Positions 13,010 through 25,275 of a stretch of 64,000 bases of DNA are shown here, one piece after another. Under the pieces are notes generated by a model, which made no database searches, had not been told where the DNA came from, and worked only from the letters and a program-made list of their open reading frames with translations. Location of the stretch: positions 248,001-312,000 of the forward strand of contig OZ251242.1 in NCBI GenBank assembly GCA_965240325.2, given 5' to 3'. Made by a program: the position numbers and the translations under genes. The stretch's first letter is position 1. Each line of letters starts with the position of its first letter. Source of the stretch: Rebecca billardiae RCC1528 (taxonomy: Eukaryota > Protista > Haptophyta).

Positions 13010-13426
13010 GCGGCAAGCCGCGCGGGGCGCGCGGGCGTCAGGCGGCCACAACAGCCGCCCTGCTGCTGTGCGCAATTTCAATAGTGACTCGGCCGAATAA
13101 GCGCCGACCCGCGGGCCGCGATTGACGCGAACCGGCGAGTAGTTAGTGGAGCAACGGCCGGAAGCCTGAGACGGTGATATCGAAGTACCCGGCAAGTCGG
13201 TCCGTGACTATTCGTCTGATTTTGATCAGAAGGATCGGGGCCAAAAATGACTCGCAGATTGTACCCGCCCCATAATATGGGCGAAAAGTAACGCATGGAC
13301 ACGTCCTTGGGCTGGGTCGGCCGCTACAGCGCGTGCGCACTGCGCACGGCTTTTGATCAGCTTGGTCTCGGAAGCGCGCGAGTCCGCGTGAGCGCTGCGA
13401 AGTAACCAGGGCTTGAGCGTCCCCGC

Positions 13427-15382
13427 ATGACGACGCACGTGCTCGAGCTGCTGGAGGCGGCGCTGGCGGGGCTTCGCGGCGCGCAGGGCACGCCGCAGGC
13501 GCTCTCCGATTCGGACGAGGCGGCCCTGCTCGAGCGCGTGCGCGAGCTCCACGACCTCGCCCTCGCGCGCGCGGAGCGGCGGCGCCGCGTCGACGACCCG
13601 ACGGCCGCGGCGGCGCCGCCGCGGCTCGACGAGCTGCCGCGCGAGCTGTTGATGCGCGTGGTCGAGCTGATCGACGACCCGATGCACATTATCACACTCG
13701 CATGCACCTCCCGCCGGCTGCGCGCGCTCGACATCGAGCGCGTGCTCTGCGAGCGGCTCGTGCCACCGGGCGCGCGGGATGACGAGGACGGCGGCTGCGG
13801 CCTGAAGCCGGCCCGCGGGCTGGCGACTAAGGCGGCGGTCCGCTCGATCCCGGTGGCGCCGCCGCCGCCACCACTGCCCGCCATCCCGGTGAACGCCACG
13901 GAGCCGCCGGCGTGGCTGGGCGAGGGCGCGCCGTCGCGCCGCGTGGCGCTCGCCCTCGCGGTGGCGCGCGCGCGCTGCGTGTTCAGCCCGGCGCAGCAGC
14001 TGATCGCGGGGGACGAGTTCGTCTCGCTCGAGGTGGACGCGTCCGACGGCTCGCTCGCCGTCCGCGGGGGCAACGGCCTCAGCGGCCGCGACGTCCGCCA
14101 CGAGAATTCAGTCCGCAACGTGATGGGCCTTGGCCTCGAGAGCATTCTTGAAGGCGACGAGATGTACCGCAAGATTTTCATCGCGCGGCCGCGGCGCGTG
14201 TCGGCGCTGGCGACGGTGCGCGTGGTCGGCGTGGCGCTGGGCACCGAGCACGCCGGCGCGCTCGACGCGTGCGGCCGCGTGTACACGTGGGGCGACGGCG
14301 ACGGCGGGCAGCTCGGCCACGGCACGCTGGCGCAGCACGGCGCGCCGCGCGTCGTCGCGGGCTTGCTTGGCACGCCCGTCGTCGCTCTCGCGCTTGGCTA
14401 CCGGCACTCGCTCGCGCTGAGCGCCGGCGGCGCGCTGTACGCGTGGGGCAGCAACACCATCGGCGAGTGCGGCCTGGGCGAGCCCGTGGCCATCAAGTAC
14501 AACGGCGTCCACTACAACGGCCTGACGCTGCAGCCGACGCGCGTCGGCGGCGGCGCGCTCGCGGGCGCGCGCTGTGTGCGCGTGGCGACTGGCATGACAC
14601 ATAGCGTGGTCGTCGGCGCGGACGGCTGCGCGTATGCGTTCGGTTCGAATCGGGACGGCGCGCTCGGCCTCGGGGATCCCCTAAGGCCGGGCGGCCATCG
14701 CGCGCACACGCCCACGCGCGTCGCGCTCGACGCGCCGCCACCCGCCCTCGGCGGCGGCGGCGGCGGCGGCGGCGGCCCATCAGGCGCGGCCCCGCCCGCC
14801 GCCAAGCCGGGCGGCGCGCGCGCGCGCCCGGCGCGCGGGTCGAAGGGGAAGGAACCACCGCCGGCTGCTCGGGCGGAGCCGAGCGCGCCGCCGCCGCCCT
14901 CGCCGTCCGCGGTCGTCGAGGTCGCGTGCGGCCCGCGGCACACGATCCTGCTCGACCGGACGGGCCGCGTCTTCACGTGCGGCCACGGCGCGCTCGGCGT
15001 GCTCGGCCACGGCGACGCGCGCGACCGTCATGTGCCCACGCGCGTGGAGGGCGTGCTCGGCGACGCGGCGCAGGCGTGCGCGGGCCGCGCGTTCAGCGCG
15101 GTGCTCTGCGCGGACGGCAGCGCGTACACGTGGGGCTGCAACCAGTGGCAGTGCCTGGGGTACCCGCTCCGGCCCGGAGAAAACCCGGAGACGACGCTGC
15201 AAGACAGGCCGCGCGCGCTCGAGTCGAAGTTCACGCCGAACCGCGCGCAGTACAACGGCGGGCCGATCGCGGCGGTGGTGGGCTGCGGCTCGCGGATCCA
15301 CTTTGTGCAGCGCGCGGACGGCCGGGTGAAGACGCACGGCTTCGACGCGGGCGTGCGCCACGGCGACGACTACGAGGACGAG

Positions 15383-15417
<35 letters not shown>

Positions 15418-15430
15418 GAGTGACTACTGA
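13427..15430 (+). CDS. F-box plus RCC1-repeat protein with an acidic tail
   Basis: F-box-like LDELPRELLMRVVELI...LACTSRRLR. RCC1 repeats G.EH..ALD..GRVYTWGDGDGGQLGHG, YAWGSN..GECGLG, FTCGHG..GVLGHG. Confidence 0.88.
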
Positions 15431-16653
15431 AGTACGGTACGACGGCCGGTCGGCCGCAGTAGTACGAGTATAGTAAGGTACCCATACTATGTATTCTACT
15501 ACTTGTACTACTAACGCTAGCTGGGGGCTGGCCAGGGTAGGGCTGGAGGCTTCGGCCGCCAGCCTGATCACCCGGAGCCCGTTATTCTGGAAACCCACGA
15601 GAACAAAGGCACGACTTCACGCTGGGGACCAGCCCGTCGCGCGCTTTTATTTGACGCCCTCTGCGTTTGTTTGTTTGTCACCGGGTCACATATTGGCGCT
15701 TTGCGTACTCACATTCGCGCGAATCGCATCGGCGCATTCGTCGTGTCGCGAGTTCACACTTCACATTCGCACGAACCGTCACTTTCTCGCTAGACAATTC
15801 ACGAGCGAAAGGGCGCGCTGATAGTGGCACGCGGGTATCATCTTGCATTGGACTACGAGCATCGGAGCAACCTCGCGCGGCCTCGCATCGACGAGTCCCG
15901 TGAAGGACGACAAGGCGGAGAGCCCACGCCATTCCAAGGGTCGCCCTTGCGTTGACGTCTCGTTCGGTCGCGCGACGAGCGGCTCGCGTGCGGCGCCAAG
16001 CGAGCGACGCGGGGCGCGCGGCGGGCGCACGCGCGAGGCTGCCCACCACGCGCACGCGCGCGACCCCGCCGGCTCGGGCGACACGCCGCCGCCTCAGCTC
16101 GAGCACGAGCGCGAGGCGTGGCGCCGGCTCGGTGGGCGGCGGACGGCTCGACCTGCACTGCGGTGCCAGCGGATGAAGCGGCAAGCCCGGCGGGCGCATA
16201 CGCGCAGGTCCGCCCTCCACGCGCGAGCGCGCGACTGCGTGTTCCACGAGCTGCAGCAGGCGGCCGCGGGCTGGTCGGCGGCCGGCGAGGTCGGCGGAGT
16301 GCCGCCCGGCCCGCGTTCTCGCTTGGGCGCGGGCCACACTCTCACTCACAGCGCGGGGCGTGCTGCTGCAGACGGGCCAGTCATTGCAGCGCGCACTCCG
16401 TGGTCAGACGTGCACACGCGCGCGCGTCGTCAGCCCCGCCGCTGCGCCCCTGCGGCGCCGTTGGCAGCGTCGGAATTCCGAGCTCGGGCTACCGGCCCGG
16501 CGTGCCATCATGCGTTTCAGAAACAGGTTTCCAGCCCAAGTTGACGCGCAGCGCCAACCCATATTAAAAGGGGAATTTAAAACTAGCGCTACGGCGTCAG
16601 TAGTAGTTTATGATGATTATGATGTATGGCGGGCCGTAGGTCCGCCCCTTGTA

Positions 16654-17437
16654 CAGGGTCTCCAACATTAAACTGGACACTTTGGGCAGCAGCTGGCAGC
16701 GTACGGCCTGTGGCTGCCTCGCGCGGGGTCAGGAGCGGCCAGCTCGGCTCGTGTGCACCCCACTAGGTCTGTCTGCGACCGCGCATAGCCGGACAGCCCG
16801 CGTGGAGCACCCCTCTGGGTCATGCGGACAGTCGGCACAAGGCTGGTCGTGAGGGCCGTGAAGCAGCCGTGTGGCTTCTGCGCATGTCTGTAGCCAGCAA
16901 GCCCGCTCAAGGCCGCGCAGATATTATTACGTGGCATGGTCGATGACTATGCGGCATGCGCTCGACAGCCCTGGGCAAGCCCGGACGTAGCGCTACACCA
17001 GGAGTATATACGGCCCGATCGGACCAGCCTACCTGTTGCGCACCTCGCTTGCACAGCTGCTGCACAGCCCATCGATCGGCTCTGGCCGTGCAGGCAAGGG
17101 CTACAGTCGGCGCCACTACCCGCAGCGAACGCTGGAGACCCACCAGTGCGCGCACCAACCCGCCCGCCGCCAAATGCAACCGTGCGCCAGATACGAATTT
17201 TAGCAGGCATGCCACCCGCGGGGGCTCCGTGGACCTGTTCAGAGCCAACCGCTAGTCGGTTGAGCTGTACATCCAAGCCAGCCCTGGCCACACGCTGAGC
17301 GCGCCGCTCGCTGCACCCACACCCTGTCGTCATCCGAGGAGTAAGGTCCATGGCGCTCATGTGAGCCTCTGGCCCATCTCATCGTTAGCAGCCGTAGTCA
17401 GCAAAAATCAATGTCCGACCAATTGTTGGGGACCCTG
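16654..17437. mobile_element. Tc1/mariner-type MITE (784 bp)
   Basis: TIR cagggtc[t/c]ccaaca with TA TSD (16652-53, 17438-39). The empty site ccttgTAgtgccc is visible in the paralogue at about 61576. Confidence 0.92.
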
Positions 17438-18154
17438 TAGTGCCCGGGAAAAAGATAAGAAAAAGAAAATGAAAAAGAAAATCGCCTCGCAAAGAAAAGA
17501 AAATCGCCTCCCTCACTGCCGGGTCGCTTCGCTCACTACCGGGCGCCCTCGCAGCTCCCACTGGGGACGCTCGGCCGAAAACCATCTTGGCAATGGCGCG
17601 GAGCGCGTGGGCGGCGCGCCCCAAATCCAACGCCGGCGCGGACATCGTGAGGGGATTCCCGAACGGTGTTTTCGCCCGATTCGCGATTGCTGCCCTCGTC
17701 GTCTCGCGTGCAGGTCGAACGGGGGCTAAATCGACGCGTTGGAGCGGTACGCTCGGCGCGTCGACACGATCGTGCGACCTGGGGCGATCCTCGCCCGACG
17801 TGCACGTCGAAAGCTCGCACGGGCCATAGCATCATGCGCTGCGCAAGACAACCACCTCGCACGATCCACCGTCGCGCGTCGGGCTCGGTGCGGAAACGCA
17901 TTCATCACGAGGCGTCTCGCGGGCGGGAAGCGCCATCGCACGCGACGCAAGCTTTGGCGCGGCCTTCTGAACACCATAACCGGAATGCACACACCGGACT
18001 GTCGTCGCGTGCCCCGGTTGGCAAGGTCGGGCGCATGCAAATCCGTTTGCTACGGTCGGTGGTGTTCCAGAGCGAGCGATCATCTTTCATCTTTCACGCT
18101 CGCGAGCTCGCGGCCAAGGATCGCTCGGCGCTCGAGGACCCACGTCCGGCCTGC

Positions 18155-18756
18155 ATGGCGTCGACGGTGGCCAATGCGACGGAGGGAGTGCCGGACCTGT
18201 CGCGCGGAGCGGCGAGCGCCGACGAGCGCTTGGACCTGGACGCGCTGTTGCGCAGCGTGGCGGCCGTGCACGACGCCGACGCGACCTTCGCCGAGCCCAT
18301 CGTGCCCGGAGCGGACATTGGCATCCTCGCGACACACGATCTCAGCTGGCGACACGATGAGATGCTCACGATCTCCTCTGGCGGATTCGTCGGCGGCGAG
18401 GCGCTCGACTACGTCATCGCGGTCGAGATGCGGCACATGCAGCGCGTACGCGAGCTCGCGCGAAGCCACGGGCTGCCCGTCCCGCCCCGCGTGCTGCACG
18501 TTCCCTCGTGGGTGTGGACCTTGCTCATGGGCGCGGGCGTGTACGCGTGGGAGAAGGTGGCCGACATCTTTGCGCTCTTCGACCTGAACGAGTACGACGT
18601 GCTCTCCTTCATCATCAACCAGGACGGCAACCACGGGGCGCAGGGGGTCGTCGACTTGCGGCGCGAGATCATCGAGTACCGCGAGCCCCTGGGCGGAGGC
18701 GACATGATCGGCTTCGTTTCGAACGTGCAGCTGCTGCTCGCCGACGCGCACGAGGC
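18155..18756 (+). pseudogene. Ulp1/peptidase C48-like fragment
   Basis: GGFVGGEALDYVI...FDLNEYDVLSFIINQDGNH(G)AQGVVDLRREIIEYREPLGG resembles the Ulp1 HW...YDS core. The W codon appears as GGG and the catalytic-Cys segment is missing. Confidence 0.6.
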
Positions 18757-19495
18757 AGGTCCAAGCGCTCGTCGGCGCTCGCCGCTTCGCGCGACAGGTC
18801 CGGCACCCGCACGTTCGGCGGTATCAGGAGCTGTCGGCGGTGCGCGCGCGCGCAGTGCGAGAGCGTGTGCCACTCGCGATCGAGGACTGTTTTCGTGTTT
18901 AGCTCCAAGGACAAACCGTCACCGTCAGGCACACACGGGCACGCCGCCGTCGCACGCCTGATCAGTTGGCAGTGCGTGCGCGCAGTCGAAGGCTCGGCAC
19001 GATGACGAGTAGCACAGTGGGTGCAGGAATACACGCGCAATCACACTGTCGCTGAGCTCGCACCAGAGTCATCTGTCGCGTTATTATTCGTCAGTGAGTC
19101 GGGTAGCTCACAATCATCTCGGTATGATGTCGCATTGTTATTCGTAGTCATCCTGCCCGTCAAACCGCTATAAATAAAAGGCGCGTGAACCCGCTGGGGA
19201 AATATTGCGACAGCACTGGCACGGCCCGCCGACCCCCCCGCCCGCCAGGGCTGAGTTTACTACTTTACTCAACTTTACCTACTATATAGGCTACTATTGT
19301 ACGTCTTACTATCTATAATAAAACGCATATCAACGACACGGCCGTAGCCTATCTATCATAGTAGGCGGCCCGCTGTTTTTTTTTAAATTCCCCTTTATAA
19401 CGGGCTCCGGGTGATCAGGCTGGCGGCCGAAGCCTCCAGCCCTACCCTGGCCAGCCCCCTGTGAAAAGCGAGACCCGCGATCTCGCCACGAAATT

Positions 19496-21220
19496 ATGGG
19501 GCCGCCGCCTCGGTCGGCCGTCGTCACGGCGTGCGTCGTGGCGCTGGTAGTGCTGGGCGCGTGCGCGAGCCTGTTGGCGACGTGGCGCTCCACCGCGCCC
19601 AGGCCGTCGATCCCGGGTGGCTCGCTGACCGTCGCATCGCCTGCAAGCCGCGCCGAGCCGCGCGCGGCGCCGAACGGTACGCACGCGGACTTGGAAGCGG
19701 TCGCCGCCATCCTGGACCTGCACTTGATCAGGATCACCGCAATCGACCAGCTGCTGGACCTAGAGGAGGCCTCCTTCTCGTTCGAGCAGCTGGACGGGCA
19801 AGTGCCCGCGCTCATGCGCTTCATCGAGACGAGCACCAAGCTGAAGAAGATCACGCTCGGGCCGCCCGGCAACGGCACCGAGTGCATGCTTGTGCTCGCG
19901 AACAGGCTCCGGGCCAACTTCCCGCTCAAGCAGCTCAGCCTGAAGTGCGCGCGCGGGACGGCACGCCGAGTCCGCGCGTGTGCGCGCGGTCGACCGCGGA
20001 GGGCTGGCGCTGGCTCGTGCCTGACTCAGGGGTGCTCTCCTCCCAACCGCACGCACCGACGCACTGCGCACGCGCCCTTGGCCTTGCGCCCACCCCGCTG
20101 GGGCACAGGGACGGCACGTTCGGCTCGATGGACGTCTACACCGACTTCATGGATGCGTTGAAGACCAACACGGTGCTCGAAGAGATCGAGCTGGAGTGCG
20201 CGCTCCGTGCGGCGCAGCGCGGCAGCACGCCGCTCTGCATGAGTTGCTTTGGTGGGAGGCTGGGAGCTTCTCCTGTGACCTGTCCCCTGGCCTGGTGGTG
20301 GGAGGAGCAAGAGCAGGAGGGGGCGGGGGTGCGATCACAGCCACGGGCGCGGCAGCTGCCTGGGTACGCCCACGGCGCCGCCCACCTTTCACGGCGCGCC
20401 GCTGCACACTGGTGGCGACGTTGCACCTACCAGGCGTTGCCCCGACTACGGCTTGCTGGTAGATGCGCTTGTGGCCAACACCGCGCTCAAGTCAGTCGAC
20501 GCCGGGTGTGCGCAAACTGCCCCGCCGCACGCCACCCGCACCCGTGCCCCTCACTCCATCCCTTCGCCCCCCGGCTCTCCGCTCTGGCAGCACCACGCCA
20601 AGCACAAATGACGCGGTGAGTGCGCTGGCGAAGCCGTTCGAGACCAACCGGGTGATCGAGCACTTCAGCATGAGGTACGCGCGCCGCGCGTGCTGCCGTG
20701 ATGATGTGCGAGGCATGGCGTGGTGCCGTCGGTTTACACGCGTCGCTGCGTCCGAACGGCCCCACGCGCCCCCAACCCCGCGCGTAACCGATGCCTCCTC
20801 ATTCCTTCGCATGTGCTGCCTGCTATCGAAGCCCCAGCTGATTTGGTTGGATTAATGACATCGCATACGATCCATGGATCGCTGCATTCAAGATCAACGA
20901 CGTGCTGCAGGCGGTCGACTTGGGGTACGCGCAGCAGAACGGACGAGGCCCTGCGCGACGCGCGCGTCCGCTGCGCGGTCAGCTCCAGACAAGGCTGGGG
21001 CGCACCGCACGTGCTCCTAGGCAGCGCGCCGCGCCGGCCATGCCCGCAGCCTGCTCACTGACCTGGCTTGGCTGCCCTCCGCGCTTCGCCCGCGTACGCG
21101 CTCAACGCCCGAACCGCCTCCGCATTCTTCCCCTTACTGCATCTGCCTCGTGCCACACCCACAGTCTCGAGTCCGAGAAGGGGGCTACTCTTCACTCGCC
21201 AGGTTTCTGCGCTAGCTTGA
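19496..21220 (+). pseudogene. LRR gene copy 1 (N-terminal TM/signal anchor plus RI-like LRRs), in-frame TGA at 20839-20841
   Basis: Introns 19945-20108, 20196-20433, 20506-20590, 20675-20837, 20925-21049 (all phase 2) and 21094-21164. LRR motifs ALKTNTVLEEIEL, ALVANTALKSVD, PFETNRVIEHFSM, AFKINDVLQAVDL. Confidence 0.7.
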
Positions 21221-21493
21221 ACCAAGCGTGGCACACGTTTCCTCGCCGTCAGCACGACATCACATGCGACCACTGGCGCCGCTGAATCAATCCCAGCGCT
21301 AAGTCCCACCCACTGCAGCCACCAGCACGCAGGCAGCATATGCCCTCGCCCCGTCGGCGGCCCGCCGTGGCCCAGGCCTGCGGCGGCGGCGAACCGTCCG
21401 CGCGACTACGCTCTGGCGACTGGCGGTGGACTGGCTCGGGGCATGCCGTCACCCGCGGCGCCACTCGTTCAGCAAATGTTGCGCTGATCTGCT

Positions 21494-21933
21494 TAGAGGG
21501 GTCAGAGCCCCACTGGGGGGTGCGTGGCCCAAAATCCAACTTCCTGCCGTCTTGAGATGAGGCTCTCAAACTTCGGGATGTCAATCATTATTGGCGCCTG
21601 AAATGACCTGGGGTCACGCTGACAAGTTTTGCGAAAAAATGTCGTCACATACTGGAGATATACGACCTCAATCTCGACGACGCGATCTCGGCAACATTAG
21701 TAGGGGAGATACACGATCTCCAAGGTGATCTCGCTATTTGCACCAGAATCGCACCGTCTAGATCACATTTTGGCAGTCTGAAATTGGCATAGGCGGATTC
21801 TACACCCTGGAATTAAGCCTAAACGAACTTAAACGGACTCAAACAGTTAGAAACCGAGGAGATATTTCATATTTCGATATTTCGGGAGATTGTGTCACTC
21901 GGGAGTGTAACGGTCGGAGCTCTGACCCCACTA
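21494..21933. mobile_element. 440-bp MITE, TIR tag[a/t]ggggtcagagc, 9-bp TSD tgatctgct
   Basis: TSD at 21485-21493 and 21934-21942. Empty site gcgctggtctgctgaggcgcg at about 29627. Confidence 0.9.
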
Positions 21934-22805
21934 TGATCTGCTGAGGCGCGCGCATCAGCATCAGCATATTATTATTGCTGATGACGCCGCGGACTCGAGG
22001 AGTCGATCGTCACGACAGCATGTAACGTCATCATGCTGACGACTGCTACAGGTCGATGAGGGCAGAATAGGAGACAGAGGGCACTGTCTTTGAGACAAAG
22101 GCGGCGGCCCCGAGTGGCACGGCACTGGCGGCCCACAGTGTCACTGAGTCACTGAGTGCTCGGGGGCACAGTGGGCGTGGTGCATGGCGCCCGCCTCGCA
22201 CGCGCTACAGCGCCCGGTGAGGTGGACGCAAGTCTGTCGAGGCGCGTCACATGTGTGCCCAAGGTGCATGCCTGGCACCTCCGCTCGTTTGCCGGCCGCT
22301 CCGCTGCCCATGCCTGGCCTGCATGCACCCGAAACGTAGCCGCCAAACGTGCCCCGCCACTGTGAGACGCCCGCGAACCGCGATGCACGGTGCCCTTCAG
22401 TGACGTGAGCAAGGTAGTCTACTACTGCAAGGGGGCGCCAACCTGACGGCTGGCCATGCCATGGGAGGTAGTAGGGACGTCAGACACGCGCCAAGAGCCC
22501 ATGGGAAGCTTGCTCTCCCCAGTTGATGAGCTCGTCGGGCGTGCGCACGCGGTTTGTCTCAAAGTCCCCCCCCCCCCCCCCCCCCCCAAAGTGAGACAAA
22601 CTTGATGGTGCTCGTGCTCCTCAACGGCATAGAGTTAGCCCACGAGACTCGCAGCTTGAACTCTTCGTCTGATGCCCTCCACGACGACGTGCGCGAAGGG
22701 CGTGAGCGCCATCGTGGTGGAGCAAGGGGGAGCGCAAAACACGATCCGGGATTTTGTTTAGGCGGCACGCTGTGAAAAGCGAGACCCGCGATCTCGCCAC
22801 GAATT

Positions 22806-24562
22806 ATGGGGCCGCCTCGGTCCGCCGTCGTCACGGCGTGCGGCGTCGTGGCGCTGGTAGTGCTGGGCGCGTGCGCGAGCCTGTTGGCGACGTGGCGCTC
22901 CATCGCGCCCAGGCCGTCGATCCCGGGTGGCTCGCTGACCGTCGCATCGCCTGCAAGCCGCGCCGAGCCGCGCGCGGCGCCGAACGATACGCACGCGGAC
23001 TTGGAAGCGGTCGCCGCCATCCTGGACCTGCACTTGATCAGGATCACCGCAATCGACCGGCTGCTGGACCTAGAGGAGGCCTCCTTCTCGTTCGAGCAGC
23101 TGGACGGGCAAGTGCCCGCGCTCATGCGCTTCATCGAGACGAGCACCAAGCTGAAGAAGATCACGCTCGGGCCGCCCGGCAACGGCACCGAGTGCATGCT
23201 TGTGCTCGCGAACAGGCTCCGGGCCAACTTCCCGCTCAAGCAGCTCAGCCTGAAGTGCGCGCGCGGGACGGCACGCCGAGTCCGCGCGTATGCGCGCGGT
23301 CGACCGCGGAGGGCTGGTGCTGGCTCGTGCCTGACTCAGGGGTGCTCTCCTCCCAACCGCATGCACTGCGCTCGCGCCCTTGCGCCCACCCCGCTGGGGC
23401 ACAGGGAGGGCACGTTCTGGGACGGCTACAACGTCTTAGCGTCGTACCCCGACTTAATGGATGCGCTGAAGACCAACACGGTGCTCGAAGCGATCGAGCT
23501 GGGGTGCGCGCTCCGTGCGGCGCAGGGCTGCGCAGCGCTGCGACACGCCGCGCTGCATGAGTTGCTTTGGTGGGCGGCTGGGATCTTCTCCTGTCCCCTG
23601 GCCTGGTGGGAGCAGGAGCAGGACGGGGGGGAAGTGCGATCACAGCCACGGGCGCGGCAGCTGCCTGGGCACGCCCACTGAGCCGCCCACCTTTCACGGC
23701 ACGCCGCTGCACATGGGTGGCGACGTTGGGCCTACCAGGGGTTGCCCCTTCGACCGCTTTGCTCGCGAATTCATGCCAGCCGTGGACTTGCTGGTAGATG
23801 CGCTTGTGGCCAACACCGCGCTCAAGTCAGTCGACACCGGGTGTGCGCAATCTGCCCCACCGCACGCCACCCGCACCCCTGCCCCTCACGCCATCCCTTC
23901 GCCCCTCTGCCCTCCTATCTGGCAGCATCATCCCAGGCTACGACAGTGACGCGGTGAGTGCGCTGGCGAAGCCGTTCGAGACCAACCGGGTGATCGAGCA
24001 CTTCAGCATGAGGTACGCGCGCCGCGCGTGCTGCCGTGACGTGCGAGGCATGGCGTGGTGCCGTCGGTTTAAACGCGTCGCTGCGTCCGAACGGCCCCAC
24101 GCGCCCCCGACCCAGCGCTTAACCCGATAACCGACCCCTCCTCACTCCTACGCGTGTGCGCCTGCTATCGAAGCCCCAGAGTGATGGGTTGGATTGATGA
24201 CACCGCATACGATCCATGGATCGCTGCATTCAAGATCAACGACGTGCTGCAGGCGGTCGACTTGGGGTACGCGCAGCAGAACGGACGAGGCCCTGCGCGA
24301 CGCGAGCGTCCGCTGCGCGGTCAGCTCCAGACAAGGCTGGGGCACACCGCACTCGCTCCTAGGCAGCGCGCCGCGCCGGCCATGCCCGCAGCCTGCTCAC
24401 TGACCCGGCTTGGCTGCCCTCCGCGCTTCGCCCGCGTACGCGCTCAACGCCCGAACCGCCTCCGCATTCTTCCCCTTACTGCATCTGCCTCGTGCCACAC
24501 CCACAGTCTCGAGTCCGAGAAGGGGGCTACTCTTCACTCGCCAGGTTTCTGCGCTAGCTTGA
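22806..24562 (+). CDS. LRR gene copy 2 (intact, chimeric), 7 exons
   Basis: Same intron positions as copy 1, and the spliced frame is open. Last-exon frame (RQVSALA*) is supported by synonymous differences against copy 3. Confidence 0.78.
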
Positions 24563-24835
24563 ACCAAGCGTGGCACACGTTTCCTCGCCGTCAGCACGAC
24601 ATCACATGCGACCACTGGCGCCGCTGAATCAATCCCAGCGCTAAGTCCCACCCACTGCAGCCACCAGCACGCAGGCAGCATATGCCCTCGCCCCGTCGGC
24701 GGCCCGCCGTGGCCCAGGCCTGCGGCGGCGGCGAACCGTCCGCGCGACTACGCTCTGGCGACTGGCGGTGGACTGGCTCGGGGCATGCCGTCACCCGCGG
24801 CGCCACTCGTTCAGCAAATGTTGCGCTGATCTGCT

Positions 24836-25275
24836 TAGAGGGGTCAGAGCCCCACTGGGGGGTGCGTGGCCCAAAATCCAACTTCCTGCCGTCTTGAGAT
24901 GAGGCTCTCAAACTTCGGGATGTCAATCATTATTGGCGCCTGAAATGACCTGGGGTCACGCTGACAAGTTTTGCGAAAAAATGTCGTCACATACTGGAGA
25001 TATACGACCTCAATCTCGACGACGCGATCTCGGCAACATTAGTAGGGGAGATACACGATCTCCAAGGTGATCTCGCTATTTGCACCAGAATCGCACCGTC
25101 TAGATCACATTTTGGCAGTCTGAAATTGGCATAGGCGGATTCTACACCCTGGAATTAAGCCTAAACGAACTTAAACGGACTCAAACAGTTAGAAACCGAG
25201 GAGATATTTCATATTTCGATATTTCGGGAGATTGTGTCACTCGGGAGTGTAACGGTCGGAGCTCTGACCCCACTA
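24836..25275. mobile_element. Duplicate of the 440-bp MITE carried in the tandem unit
   Basis: Same sequence and same TSD as 21494-21933. Confidence 0.9.

Larger units (their letters stand above)
16626..19252 (+). mobile_element. Dispersed element copy A carrying a decayed Ulp1/SENP-like protease (Helentron-like ends)
   Basis: Collinear similarity to 61554-63152. Terminal hairpin ggcgggcc-gta-ggtccgcc and matching sub-terminal IR acggcccgcc at 19221. Confidence 0.7.
15524..19458. mobile_element. Non-autonomous TIR element, PIF/Harbinger-like, hosting nested insertions
   Basis: About 61-bp perfect TIR ggggctggccagggtagggctggaggcttcggccgccagcctgatcacccggagcccgttat at both ends. 3-bp TSD CTG at 15521-15523 and 19459-19461. 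Superfamily inferred from the GG termini and CWG TSD. Confidence 0.85.

Noticed and set aside
20839-20841. In-frame TGA as selenocysteine
   Set aside because: Paralogues have Val, not Cys, at this position, and no SECIS was recognised.
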